Shown here one piece after another: positions 13,391 to 24,891 of a stretch of DNA of 64,000 nt. How positions within the stretch are numbered: position 1 is the stretch's first letter; every line of letters starts with the position of its first letter. Under the pieces are notes generated by a model. It was not told the DNA's origin and searched no databases. It was given only the letters and a program-made list of their open reading frames with translations. This DNA is from Tubiluchus corallicola. Its lineage: Eukaryota; Animalia; Priapulida. The stretch lies in the NCBI GenBank assembly GCA_030141605.1, contig JAQGDQ010000189.1, positions 310,001-374,000 on the forward strand. The letters run 5' to 3'. The position numbers and the translations under genes are program-made.

Positions 13391-16300
13391 TTAATTTACA
13401 GGAGGATTCCGTTCCAATGTAAATAACCCCTCTAAACGTACCAACACCTTTTTCTTCTTTAGTTCTTTTTTGTATTTTCTTTGTCCTCTGTTAGGCCAAC
13501 CATTCATTGGCAGATCTATAGGTTGGCAGTTGCATTTCTGAATTTGCATAAAGAGACGATAATTGTTCTGCCAGTCTTTCAAAGGGCACACGAGTACCCC
13601 GCCTGCAGGCACCGCTGAATAAAATGTGAAATTCGCATTGTAGTGGAACACGGCGTACGACTCGCTTTCAGAACCGAATATGTCCTTTTCTGCATCACTG
13701 TAATTCAAGTCAACAAATGAGAACTTCATTAAGGTAGGAAATGTGCTATTCCACTGCCTGCATTCTATTTCACATTTATCTCTGCACTCCGAGTCAATTC
13801 CATCGTTCAAACTGCAGTTTTTTTCGCACGTTGACTGACAATAGTTGTAGTCTATAAATGGCGAATGTCGCCGATGTCGTCTGGTATGCCTTGTCTTCGG
13901 TCTTTTGCCTTTACATGTTGCAATGCATTTGGTCTCGCACACTTCTGGATCTTTAGTAGCATCACACAAATTTTCACACTCTGCAACACAATCCTCAAAT
14001 GACGTAGGCATGACTGTTGTTGGTGACGTTGTTGTCGTTGTCTTTGTCCTTGTCACTGAAGTCATCGGTGTTCTTTTTCGTGCTGAGGTTGTCGTCGGCA
14101 GCGGAAAAGGCTGACAGTTTTGTGTGCAATTTTTTCTACATTTCCGTTCTTCGCTACATTTGATATGACCGATGCACGGACCAAAACAATAGCAGAAACA
14201 GTTATATTTTTCTCTACAAGTCTTTTTGCAATCTGGTACACACATATTCTGATGTTCCTCTGCTGCACACCGGCCTGTGCAGATAGAATCACAATATTTA
14301 ATTCTGTTCTGCAAGCAACGACTTATTATCCTGCATTTGTGTTCACTGTATCTCTCGCGATCCCTTCCACATTCAGTGCGATTATTCAGGTCTTTTATTC
14401 TGGCACAGTTAGGTTTGTATTGACGGACGAGCTTTAATACACAAACACAATGAAAATTTTTACAATCATTCTTACACATCTCATTTGCATGCTTGCAGTC
14501 ATTTTTACACTCTTTGTTCTTCTTACATGTTTCTATGCAGGTTTGCTCTTTAGTATTACACATGCTTTCACACCTGCATCGACACTTAGCACCCTTCACA
14601 TGATTGTGCAGGGCACAGTATTGTGGGCACACACTTTCACACTCATTTCTATTGTCCCTCCCACGACAATCGCGTTTACAGGCCGCTATGCAGTCTTTAT
14701 AGTAAGTACAATTTCGGAGCACCAGCGGGGGGTTGTATTTTTTCTTGCTGGCTGGTTTGGCTGATCTTTTATGACGTCGTTTTACCCTCTTTGTCCTTGC
14801 AGTTTGCGATTTAGGAGCTGAGTTTTTCTGAGAAACAGCGCTGATACCAGCATTGTAGTGGAACACCGTGTAATCCCTTTCAAAACCGAATACATCCTTA
14901 TCTGCTTCACTGTAACTCAAGTCAACAAATGAGAACTTCATTAAGGTAGGAAATGTGTTATTCCAGTTCCTGCATTCTAGTTCACATTTATCTCTGCACT
15001 CTGAGTCAATTCTGCCTTTCTCCCAACATTTCTTCTCGCATGTTGATTGACAATTATAGTCGTAGCCACTAACTGGCAAATGTCGTCGTCGTCTGGTATG
15101 CGTTGTCTTCTCTCTGTAGGATTTACATATTGCAATGCAGCTGGTCTTGCACAGTTCTGGATCTTTAGTAGCATGACACAAACCTTCACATTGTGATACA
15201 CATTTGTCAAATGACGAAGACGTGACTGTTGTAGGTGATGTTGTCGTTGTTTTTGTCCTTGTCATTGAAGTCATCGTTGTTATTTCTGGTGCTGAAGTTG
15301 TCGCCGGCAGCGGAAAAGGCTGACAGTTTTGTGTGCAATTGTTTCTACATTTCCGTTCTTCGATACATGGGATATCACCAAGGCACGGACCAAAACAATA
15401 GCAGAAACATTCATATTTTTCTCTACAAATCTTTTTGCAATCTGGTACACACATATTCTGATTTTCCTCTGCTGCACATCGGCCTGCGCAGATAGAATCA
15501 CAATATTTAATTCTGTTCTGCAAGCAACGACTTATTATCCTGCATTTGCGCTCACTGTATCTCTCGCGATCCCTTTCGCATTCAGTGCGATTATTCAGGT
15601 CTTTTATTCTAGCACAGTTAGGTTTGTATTCATGGATGAGCTTTAATATACAAACACAATGAAGATTTGTACAATCATTCTTACACATCTCATTTGCATG
15701 CTTGCAGTCATTTTTACAATCTTCGTTCTTACATGTTTCTATGCAGGTTTGCTCTACATTATTACACATATGCTCACATGTGCATCGACACTTAGCACCC
15801 TTCACATGATTGTGTAGGGCACAGGCTTGTGGGCACACACTTTCACACTCATTTCTGTTGTCCCTCCCACGACAATTACGTTTACAGGTCGCTATGCAGT
15901 CTTTATAGTAAGTACAATTTCGGAGCACCAGTGGGGGGTTGTATTTTTTGGCTCGTTCGGCTCGTTTTATCCTCTTTGTTGTTCTGTTTGTCCTCATATT
16001 TTGCCATTTAGGAGCTGAGCTTTTTTGATGAACAGGACTGATGTTTTCAAACACTTTTAAGCTGACTGATACAATGTCACAGCGCACTCGTTTCTCGTTA
16101 TTGTAGAAAATCGCTGCAAGGCAAATTCTTTTTCCAGGCAGTTTTTCTGTGGACTCCTTTATTTCGATGCCACAGTCCTTCAGTTCGTTCCACGTTACAT
16201 ATCTTATAGACTCTAAGTTGATTTCAGACTGCTTCATTAAGTAATGCTCGATGTAGTCTTCCTTGCAAATCGTTTCAGCTGAATCATAACCTGAGAATGT

Positions 16301-16495
16301 TCCTGTGTCAATTTCAAATTTTGTTTGAGAACTATTGACTGGACGAGTGAAGTCGCAAACGCTTGGCGAAGTTTGACCAGAATTGTTTGGGTAGGATATT
16401 CGAAATCCGCATGTTTCAACAACAAATAAGGCAAAGTTTAACCAGCTTAATGCACAAGATTTAGAATCACATCTATGGGTTAGCAAAAACCACAT
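13391..16495 (-). CDS. Secreted Cys-rich helical-hairpin repeat protein, copy B (1034 aa, two modules)
   Basis: Intact ORF paralogous to copy A with an internal ~400-aa duplication joined at FHYNA-G-ISAVSQK. Confidence 0.92.
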   Translation of the reverse strand: MWFLLTHRCDSKSCALSWLNFALFVVETCGFRISYPNNSGQTSPSVCDFTRPVNSSQTKFEIDTGTFSGYDSAETICKEDYIEHYLMKQSEINLESIRYVTWNELKDCGIEIKESTEKLPGKRICLAAIFYNNEKRVRCDIVSVSLKVFENISPVHQKSSAPKWQNMRTNRTTKRIKRAERAKKYNPPLVLRNCTYYKDCIATCKRNCRGRDNRNECESVCPQACALHNHVKGAKCRCTCEHMCNNVEQTCIETCKNEDCKNDCKHANEMCKNDCTNLHCVCILKLIHEYKPNCARIKDLNNRTECERDRERYSERKCRIISRCLQNRIKYCDSICAGRCAAEENQNMCVPDCKKICREKYECFCYCFGPCLGDIPCIEERKCRNNCTQNCQPFPLPATTSAPEITTMTSMTRTKTTTTSPTTVTSSSFDKCVSQCEGLCHATKDPELCKTSCIAICKSYREKTTHTRRRRHLPVSGYDYNCQSTCEKKCWEKGRIDSECRDKCELECRNWNNTFPTLMKFSFVDLSYSEADKDVFGFERDYTVFHYNAGISAVSQKNSAPKSQTARTKRVKRRHKRSAKPASKKKYNPPLVLRNCTYYKDCIAACKRDCRGRDNRNECESVCPQYCALHNHVKGAKCRCRCESMCNTKEQTCIETCKKNKECKNDCKHANEMCKNDCKNFHCVCVLKLVRQYKPNCARIKDLNNRTECGRDRERYSEHKCRIISRCLQNRIKYCDSICTGRCAAEEHQNMCVPDCKKTCREKYNCFCYCFGPCIGHIKCSEERKCRKNCTQNCQPFPLPTTTSARKRTPMTSVTRTKTTTTTSPTTVMPTSFEDCVAECENLCDATKDPEVCETKCIATCKGKRPKTRHTRRHRRHSPFIDYNYCQSTCEKNCSLNDGIDSECRDKCEIECRQWNSTFPTLMKFSFVDLNYSDAEKDIFGSESESYAVFHYNANFTFYSAVPAGGVLVCPLKDWQNNYRLFMQIQKCNCQPIDLPMNGWPNRGQRKYKKELKKKKVLVRLEGLFTLERNPPVN

Positions 16496-17905
16496 TATTG
16501 CAAGAGATGTTACACAACAATATGTAGCCGTAAAAGTATCAAATCATCATCTGCTGACTTTTGGCGGCTTTACAGACTGTGGAATTCTGAATTCATAATA
16601 CCACAAGTTTTTCTCTTTTTACGGTGGTTACCCCAGTACAGAGTAGTTAGAATTATTGTGGAACTGATTTCGTCATGGAATTAAATTTGAAGACAATGCT
16701 AAAACCGTCTTCATTGTCTGCAGGACGTTCCTAGGTTTGTCATGCTTACTGAATTGTCCTGGTCTTGGTTCTAAAGAACCTATTGTCTCTTAAGCTTGAA
16801 CTAATTTCTTATATGATTCAGTAACTACGGTTCTGACTAAAAATCTTTTATCACTTAATCGTGTATATTAATTTCGCTGGTATGTTATACATATATATAT
16901 ATATATATATAAGATTCGAGGCTACAGCTTCGACGGCGGCACCATTTGCGGCGATCGATACATCAAATGAAAGGTCTAGATCTAGTGTCGTGCCATTGGG
17001 GGTTTATTTTTCGAATCAGGCCTACCAGGTGGAACGGGGGCGAAAAACCTCCAAAAATGGCCATTTTTCGGCCGTTTTTTTTTTGCAAAACTTATACCGC
17101 TGAGACCTGGAGAACGGGAACGGGCCAGGAGTGATGATGGTGTGTGCCATAGGCATATTTAGAATTCGCGATTTTTCGAAATTATTCGTTTAGAACCCAA
17201 CTCGCGATTTTTCGAAATTTTGATCAAACAGCCTGCAGCAAAAATGTTCTAGCCCTGCCCGGTGGGACTCAGAAGAAGATATATAGCTCTTTAGAAAGAC
17301 GAGGAACGGGGCTGCACGACGGTGTGGGCTATGTTTCAGGACACCTCAACCAAGACGAGTACTGACGAGTTAATTAGATGTTCTATTTTTGGCAATTTTC
17401 GCTTGAAAAACTGCTGACGCAAAGCCATTGTTCTGGCGTCATCCATTATACTCTTCCTATAACCTTTTAACTTTAATTCAACTGCTGCTGCTGGCTTTGC
17501 GTTATAAGTGAAGACTATGTAGGATGTTCGCGTATTTTTGATTATAAGTGTATTTATATGCAAAATTTTTTCCGGGGCCTTTGCTAATCACTATAATTTT
17601 TGTTATGACTTGTTATTTAGCAGACATAAGCAGGTGGTGAAGGAAAATAGCAAATGATTGTTGTTGTGCTGTTGTTAATTGTTGCTGTCACCATTTGTGT
17701 TGATGGATCCACATGTATATGTAGATCTGGTAATATATTTCTTGGCAATTGTGCTATCTGTTTGATTAACTGTTGCTGTTGTTGTTGGTGGTGGCAGTGG
17801 TGCTGCAGCTGCTTGAGCTATAATAATTAACCAATGACTTGCATAGAACCAAGACTAAGAGAACTCAGTAAACTTGGGAGCTTCCGGAACACAACGGAAA
17901 CAACA

Positions 17906-18707
17906 AACTGCTGGAAAATAAATCGTTGCTTGCAGTACAGAAATAAATATTGTGATTCTATCTGCACAGGCCGGTGTGCAACAGAGGAAAATCAGAATAT
18001 GTGTGTACCAGATTGCAAAAAGACTTGTAGAGAAAAATATAACTGTTTCTGCTACTGTTTTGGTCTGTGCATCAATGATATCCCATGTATCGAAGAATGG
18101 AAATGTAGAAAAAATTGCACACAAAACTGTCAGCCTTTTCCACTGCCGACGACAACCTCAGCACGAAAAAGAACGCTGATGACTTCAGAGACAAGGACAA
18201 AGACAACAACAACGTCACCAACAACAGTCACGCCTACGTCATTTGAGGATTGTGTTGCAGAATGTGAAAATTTGTGTGATGCTACTAAAGATCCAGAAGT
18301 GTGCAAGACCAACTGCATTGCAATATGTAAAGGCAAAAGATCGAAGACAAGTCATACCAGACGACATCGGCAGCATTCGCCATTTAGAGACTACAACTAT
18401 TGTCAGTCAATGCGCGAAAAAAAAATTCAGTTTAAAAGATGGAATTGACTCGGAGTGCAGAGATTTATTCACGTTTTATTCAGTGGTGCCTGCAGGCGGG
18501 GTACTAGTGTGCCCTTTGAAAGACTGGCAGGACAATTACCGACTCTTTATACAAATTCAGAAATGCAACTGCACACCAATGAATGGTTGGCCTAACAGCG
18601 GACAAGAAAAATACAAAAAAGAACTAAAGAAGAAAAAAGTCCTGGTACATTTAGAAACTCCTCCCTAGCTGTTATTTACATTGGAACGGAATCCTCCTGT
18701 TAATTAA
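17906..18707 (+). pseudogene. 5'-truncated pseudogene of the Cys-rich family, copy C
   Basis: Homology starts mid-module (NCWKINRC); frameshift in the A-run near 18420; deletion removing KCDIEC...YNAN; premature TAG at 18666-18668; 3' flank retained. Confidence 0.9.
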
Positions 18708-21115
18708 TTTGATTTGATGTTTATTCTTAAATTACATTCTTGTTGATATTTATTTGTTGATGTTTCACAGACCTATTGCGGGCCTTGTGGTTGTTAGTAG
18801 AAAAATTAGCAGAGACTTAGGCCATTGTAGAGAATAGTGATAGACAGACAAATATACTTACAAGTAAATAGGTTTGCATGTGAACAAACAACTAAACAAA
18901 TAAACAGTAACCAAGCACACAAACAAACAACTAAACAGGTAGGCAAATAACCAAGCACACAAGCAAACAACTAAACAAGTAAGCAGATATCCAACCACAC
19001 AAATAAACAAGTAAGCCAATAACCAAGCGCACAAACAAACAGCTAAACAGGTAAGCAATTTAATAAGCACACAAATAAACAAGTAAGCAGATAGCCAACC
19101 ACATAAACAAAGAACTAACAAGTAACCAAGCAAACGACTAGACAAGTAAGCAAATAACTAAACCTACAAGCAAACAACTAAACAAGTAGGCAAATAACCA
19201 AGCACACAATCAAACAACTAAACAAGTAAGCAAATTACCAAGCAAACAACTAAACAAGTAGGCAAATTACTAAGCGCACAAGCATACAACTAAACAAATA
19301 AGCAAATGGCCAAGCACACAAACAAACAACTAAACAGGTAAGCAATTTAGCAAGCACACAAATAAACAAGTAAGCAAATAACCAAGCACACAATAAACAA
19401 ATAAACAAGTAAAGATAATGTTGTAATGGATTTGCTGTAAAGATATTTTTGAAACTAAACTATATTTTTAACTTGTTCTTATTTTTTTCCGTTCATAGTA
19501 CTTCAACTGCTCTATGTAACTGGTATGCATGTAGAAGCCTGAGGGGAATAGCTTAGTGGTCAAAGTGCTTACTTATCGACCTAAATTAAGCAACGGCAGG
19601 CTGTTTAGTCAATTGACAGATCGTCACTTGATATTTGCTCTATGCAGTTTTGTTCACGGTGCTCATTATGTGTGTTGACCTCGTAGAGAGAGGTCATATT
19701 CACACCTAACTGTGGTTATCACACATTCCGGTACTGCCACACACACGTATTGAGGCTCTATCATTGAGTGCTAAGTTCGAGTTTATAGAGTGACTAACTG
19801 TGGAAGAAAATGAATACAATATTGAAACATTTGTGGGCTAAAGTTTACAATTCTACACAAACAAAAAATTAGTTTGTGAAGCGGATTAGGGTGAGGGATA
19901 AGGATAGGGCTAGTATTAGGGTTAGGATTAGGGTGAGGCATAGGGATAGGGTTAGGATTAGGGTGAGGGATAAGGATAGGTTTAGGATTAGGGTGAGAGA
20001 TTGGGATTAGGGTTAGGATTAGGGTGAAGGTATTTTAATTACGTGAGGAATTGCAAACTCCTTCCCTTTTATACCAGAGATAAAATGAGGCTGACGAGAA
20101 TTATGGAAATAAAGTAACATAATAGTTTGATAAAATTCCAATGCGTAAGATTTACAGGACACCCTTAGTTTAATACGTAATCTTTATTGCAAAAATATAA
20201 AGAATATTTACGAGTTAGTATAAAATATTAAACCAGGCAAAATATATATGCAGCACAGAATAAAAATTTTACAGATAAAATAGTGTCTTGCTAAAAGACT
20301 TGTGATCAAAGCACAAACTGCCAAGGCTACTTGCACAGGCCTGTTAAAAGATAAATGATTATTAAGTTTTACATCTTTTAAAAATTTTTTTAAAAAGTTT
20401 TCTATTCTTAACACAGACCAAGGAGGCACTCAGAGAGTCCATAAGAAAAATTATAGTAACTAGCAAAGGTCCAGGAAAAAATTTGCGTGTGTTTGTACAT
20501 TATGAGTATAAATACACTCATAATCAAAAATACGTGAACATCCTACATAGTCTTCACTTATAATGCAAAGCCAGCAGCAGCAGTTGAATTAAAGTTAGAA
20601 GGTTATAGGCAGAGTAAAATGGATTGTGTCAGAACACTGGCTTTGCATCAGCAGTTTTCCAAGCGAAAATTGGCAAAAATAGAACATCTAATTAACTCGT
20701 TGGTACTCCTCTTGGTTGAGGTGTCCTAAAACACAGCCCACACCATCGTGCAGCCCTGTTCCTCCTCTTTCTAAAGAGCTATATATCTTCTTCCGAGAGT
20801 CTCAGCAGGCGGCCCTAGAACATTTTTTTCTGCAGGCTGTTTGGTCAAAATTTCAAAAAAATCGCAAGTTGGGTCCAGGAAAAAACCTGTTACGGGACGC
20901 AGTGGCCCTCTCGCAAATTCTAATTATGTCTATGACATGCACCATTGAACGGATTATCTACCCATGGCCAGCACCACCCATGGCATGGCCCGTTCTCGTT
21001 CTTCAGATCTCAGACGTATAAGTTTTGCAAAAAACGGCCAAAAAATGGCCATTTTTGGAAGTTTTTCACCCCCGTTCCTCCTGGTAGGACCGATTCGAAA
21101 AATGGCGCAACACTT

Positions 21116-21231
21116 TCGTTTGACGTATAGATCGCCGCAAATGGTGCCGCCGTCGAAGCTGTAGCCTATATATATATATAGGCTACAGCTTCGACGGCGG
21201 CACCATTTGCGGCGATCTATACGTCAAACGA
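21116..21231. repeat. Perfect 116-bp palindrome centred on (TA)7
   Basis: 21116-21166 is the exact reverse complement of 21181-21231. Confidence 0.95.
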
Positions 21232-21648
21232 TATATATATATGTGTGTGTGTGTGTGTAACGTACCAGCGAAATTAATATATATACGATTAAGTGACAAA
21301 GGATTTTTAGTCGGAACCAAAGTTACTGAATCATATAAGAAATTAGTTCAAACTTAAGAGACAATAGCTTATTTAGAACCAAGACCAGGACAATTCATTA
21401 AGCATGACAAACCTGGGAACTTCCTGCAGACAATGAAGACGGTTTTAGCATTGTCTTCAAATTTATTCCATGAAGAAATCAGTTCCACAATTCTAACTAC
21501 TCTGTACTGGGGTAACCACAGTAAAAAGAGAAAAAACTTGTGGTATAATAAATTCAGAATTCTGCAGTCTGTAAAGCCGCTAAAAGTCAGCAGGTGATGA
21601 TTTGATACTTTTAAGGCTACATATTGTTGTGCAACATCTCTTGCAATA

Positions 21649-24600
21649 ATGTGGTTTTTGCTAACCCGTAGACACGATTCTAAATCTCGTGCATTATGCT
21701 GGTTAAACTTTGTCTTATTTTTCGTTGAAACGTGCGGATTTCGAATATCCTACCCAAACAATTCTGGTCAAACTTCGCCAAGCGTTTGTAACTTCACTCG
21801 TCCAGTCAATAGTACTCAAACAAAGTTTGAAATTGACACAGGAACATTCTCAGGTTATGATTCAGCTGAAACGATTTGTAAGGAAGACTACGTCGAGCAT
21901 TACTTAATGAAACAGTCTGAAATCAACTTAGAGTCTATAAGACATGTAACGTGGAACGAACTGAAGGACTGCGGCATAGAAATAAAGGAGTCCACAGAAA
22001 AACCGACAGGAAAAAGAATTTGCCTTGCAGCGATTTTCGACAGTAATGAGAAACGAGCTCGCTGTGACATTGTATCAGTCAGCTTAAAAGTGTTTGAAAA
22101 CATCAGTCCTGTTTATCAGAAAAGCTCAGCTCCTAAATGGCAAAATATGAGGACGAACAGAACAACAAAGAGGATAAAACGAGCCAAACCAGTCAAACCA
22201 GCCAAAAAACACAACCCCCCGCTGGTGCTCCGAAATTGTACATACTATAAAGACTGCATAGCGACCTGTAAACGTAACTGTAGTGGGAGGGAGAATAGAG
22301 ATGAGTGTGAAAGTGTGTGCCCGCAAGAATGTGCCCTACACAATCATGTGAAGGGTGCTAAGTGTCGATGCACATGTGAGCACAAGTGTAATAATGTAGA
22401 GCAAACCTGCATAGAAATATGTACGACGAACGAAGAGTGTAAAAATGACTGTAAGCATGCAAATGAGGTGTGTAAGAATGATTGTAAAAATCTTCATTGT
22501 GTTTGTGTATTAAAGCTCGTCCGTGAATACGAACTTAACTGTGCTAGTATAACAGATGAGAATAATCGCACTGAATGCGAAAGGGATCGCGAGAGATACA
22601 GTGAGCGCAACTGCAGGAAAATAAATCGTTGCTTGCAGAACAGAATTAAATATTGTGATTCTATCTGCACAGGCCGGTGTGCAGCAGAGGAAAATCAGAA
22701 TATGTGTGTACCAGATTGCAAAAAGACTTGTAGAGAAAAATATAACTGTTTCTGCTATTGTGTTGGTCCGTGCACTGACCATATCAAATGTATCGAAGAA
22801 CGGAAATGTAAAAAAAATTGCAGAGAAAACTGTCAGCCTTTTCCGGTCCCGACGACAACATCAGCACCAGAAATAACAACGATGACTGCAGTGAAAGTAA
22901 ATAAAGATACCAGGATAAAGACAACAACAACAACTGTGACAACAACATCACCTACAACAGTCACGCCTACACCAGTTGACGAATGTGTATCACAATGTGA
23001 AGGTCTGTGTCATGCTACTAAAGATCCAGAACTGTGCAAGACCAACTGCATTGCAAAATGTAAATCCTCAGCACCAGAAATAATAGCGATGACTGCAGTG
23101 AAAGTAAATAAAGATAACAGGATAAAGACAACAACATCACCGGCATCAGTTGAAGACTGTGCACCACAATGTGAAGGTTTGTGTGATGCTACTAAAGATC
23201 CAGAACTGTGCAAGACCAACTGCATTGAAAAATGTAAATCCTACAAGGAGAAGACAACGCGTACCAGACGACGACGACATTTGCCAGTTAGAGACTACGA
23301 CTATAATTGTCAATCAACTTGCGAAAAGAAATGTTGGGAGAAAGGCAGAATTGACTCAGAGTGCAGAGATAAATGTGAACTAGAATGCAGGAACTGGAAT
23401 AACACATTTCCTACCTTAATGAAGTTCTCATTTGTTGACTTGAGTTACAATGAAGCAGAAAAGGACATATTCGGTTTTGAAAGGGATTACACGATGTTCC
23501 ACTACAATGCTAGCATCAGCGCTGTTTCTCAGAAAAACTCAGCTCCTATATCGCAAACTGCAAGGACAAAGAGGGTAAAACGACGTCATAAAAGATCAGC
23601 CAAACCAGCCAACAACAAAAAATACAACCCCCCGCTGGTGCTCCGAAATTGTACATACTATAAAGACTGCATAGCGACCTGTAAACGTAATTGTAGTGGG
23701 AAGGAGAATAGAAATGAGTGTGAAAGTCTGTGCCCGCAAGAATGTGCCCTACACAATCATGAGATGGGTGCTAAGTGTCGATGCAGGTGTGAGGGCAAGT
23801 GTAATACTAAAGAGCAAACCTGCATAGAAATATGTCAGACAAACGAAGAGTGTAAAAATGACTGCAAGCATGCAAATGAGATGTGTAAGAATGATTGTAA
23901 AAATCTTCATTGTTTTTGTGTATTAAAGCTCGTCCGTGAATACAAACCTAACTGTCCTGGTATAAATGATCGTATTGAATGCGAAAGGGATCGCGAGAGA
24001 TACAGTGAGCGCAACTGTGGGAAAATAAGTCATTGCTTGCAGCACAGAATTATATATTGTGATTCTATCTGCGCAGGCCGGTGTGCAGCAGAGGAAAATC
24101 AGAATATGTGTGTACCAGATTGCAAAAAGATTTGTAGAGAAAAATATGAATGTTTCTGCTATTGTTTTGGTCCGTGCCTCAATGATATCCCATGTAGCGA
24201 AGAACGGAAATGTAGAAAAAATTGCACACAAAACTGTCAGCCTTTTCCGCTGCCGACGACAACCTCAGCACGAAAAAGAGCACTGATGACTTCAGTGACA
24301 AGGACAAGGACAACAACAACAACGTCACCAACAACAGTCACGCCTACGTCATTTGAGGATTGTGTTGCAGAGTGTGAAAATCTGTGTGATGCTACTAAAG
24401 ATCCAGAAGTGTGCGAGACCAACTGCATTGCAACATGTAAAGGCAAAAGACTGAAGACAAGGCATACCAGACGACATCGGCGGCATTCGCCATTTATAGA
24501 CTACAACTATTGTCAGTCAACGTGCGAAAGAAACTGCAGTTTAAAAGATGGAATTGACTCGGAGTGCAGAGATAAATGTGACATAGAATGCAGGCGCTGG

Positions 24601-24891
24601 AATAACACATTTCCTACCTTAATGAAGTTCTCATTTGTTGACTTGAGTTACAGTGAAGCAGAAAAGGACGTATTCGGTTCTGAAAGCGAGTCGTACACCG
24701 TGTTCCACTACAATGCGAATTTCACGTTTTATTCAGCGGTGCCTGCAGGCGGGGTACTCGTGTGCCCTTTGAAAGACTGGCAGAACAATTATCGTCTCTT
24801 TATGCAAATTCAGAAATGCAACTGCACACCTATAGATCCTGCAATGAATGGTAGGCCTAACAGAGGACAAAAAAATACAAAAAAGAACTAA
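21649..24891 (+). CDS. Secreted Cys-rich helical-hairpin repeat protein, copy D (1080 aa, two modules plus an extra stalk-hairpin unit; C-terminal frameshift)
   Basis: Paralogue ORF; a 1-nt deletion near 24870 ends it early; the paralogous stop (PPVN*) remains at 24969-24971. Confidence 0.88.
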   Translation: MWFLLTRRHDSKSRALCWLNFVLFFVETCGFRISYPNNSGQTSPSVCNFTRPVNSTQTKFEIDTGTFSGYDSAETICKEDYVEHYLMKQSEINLESIRHVTWNELKDCGIEIKESTEKPTGKRICLAAIFDSNEKRARCDIVSVSLKVFENISPVYQKSSAPKWQNMRTNRTTKRIKRAKPVKPAKKHNPPLVLRNCTYYKDCIATCKRNCSGRENRDECESVCPQECALHNHVKGAKCRCTCEHKCNNVEQTCIEICTTNEECKNDCKHANEVCKNDCKNLHCVCVLKLVREYELNCASITDENNRTECERDRERYSERNCRKINRCLQNRIKYCDSICTGRCAAEENQNMCVPDCKKTCREKYNCFCYCVGPCTDHIKCIEERKCKKNCRENCQPFPVPTTTSAPEITTMTAVKVNKDTRIKTTTTTVTTTSPTTVTPTPVDECVSQCEGLCHATKDPELCKTNCIAKCKSSAPEIIAMTAVKVNKDNRIKTTTSPASVEDCAPQCEGLCDATKDPELCKTNCIEKCKSYKEKTTRTRRRRHLPVRDYDYNCQSTCEKKCWEKGRIDSECRDKCELECRNWNNTFPTLMKFSFVDLSYNEAEKDIFGFERDYTMFHYNASISAVSQKNSAPISQTARTKRVKRRHKRSAKPANNKKYNPPLVLRNCTYYKDCIATCKRNCSGKENRNECESLCPQECALHNHEMGAKCRCRCEGKCNTKEQTCIEICQTNEECKNDCKHANEMCKNDCKNLHCFCVLKLVREYKPNCPGINDRIECERDRERYSERNCGKISHCLQHRIIYCDSICAGRCAAEENQNMCVPDCKKICREKYECFCYCFGPCLNDIPCSEERKCRKNCTQNCQPFPLPTTTSARKRALMTSVTRTRTTTTTSPTTVTPTSFEDCVAECENLCDATKDPEVCETNCIATCKGKRLKTRHTRRHRRHSPFIDYNYCQSTCERNCSLKDGIDSECRDKCDIECRRWNNTFPTLMKFSFVDLSYSEAEKDVFGSESESYTVFHYNANFTFYSAVPAGGVLVCPLKDWQNNYRLFMQIQKCNCTPIDPAMNGRPNRGQKNTKKN

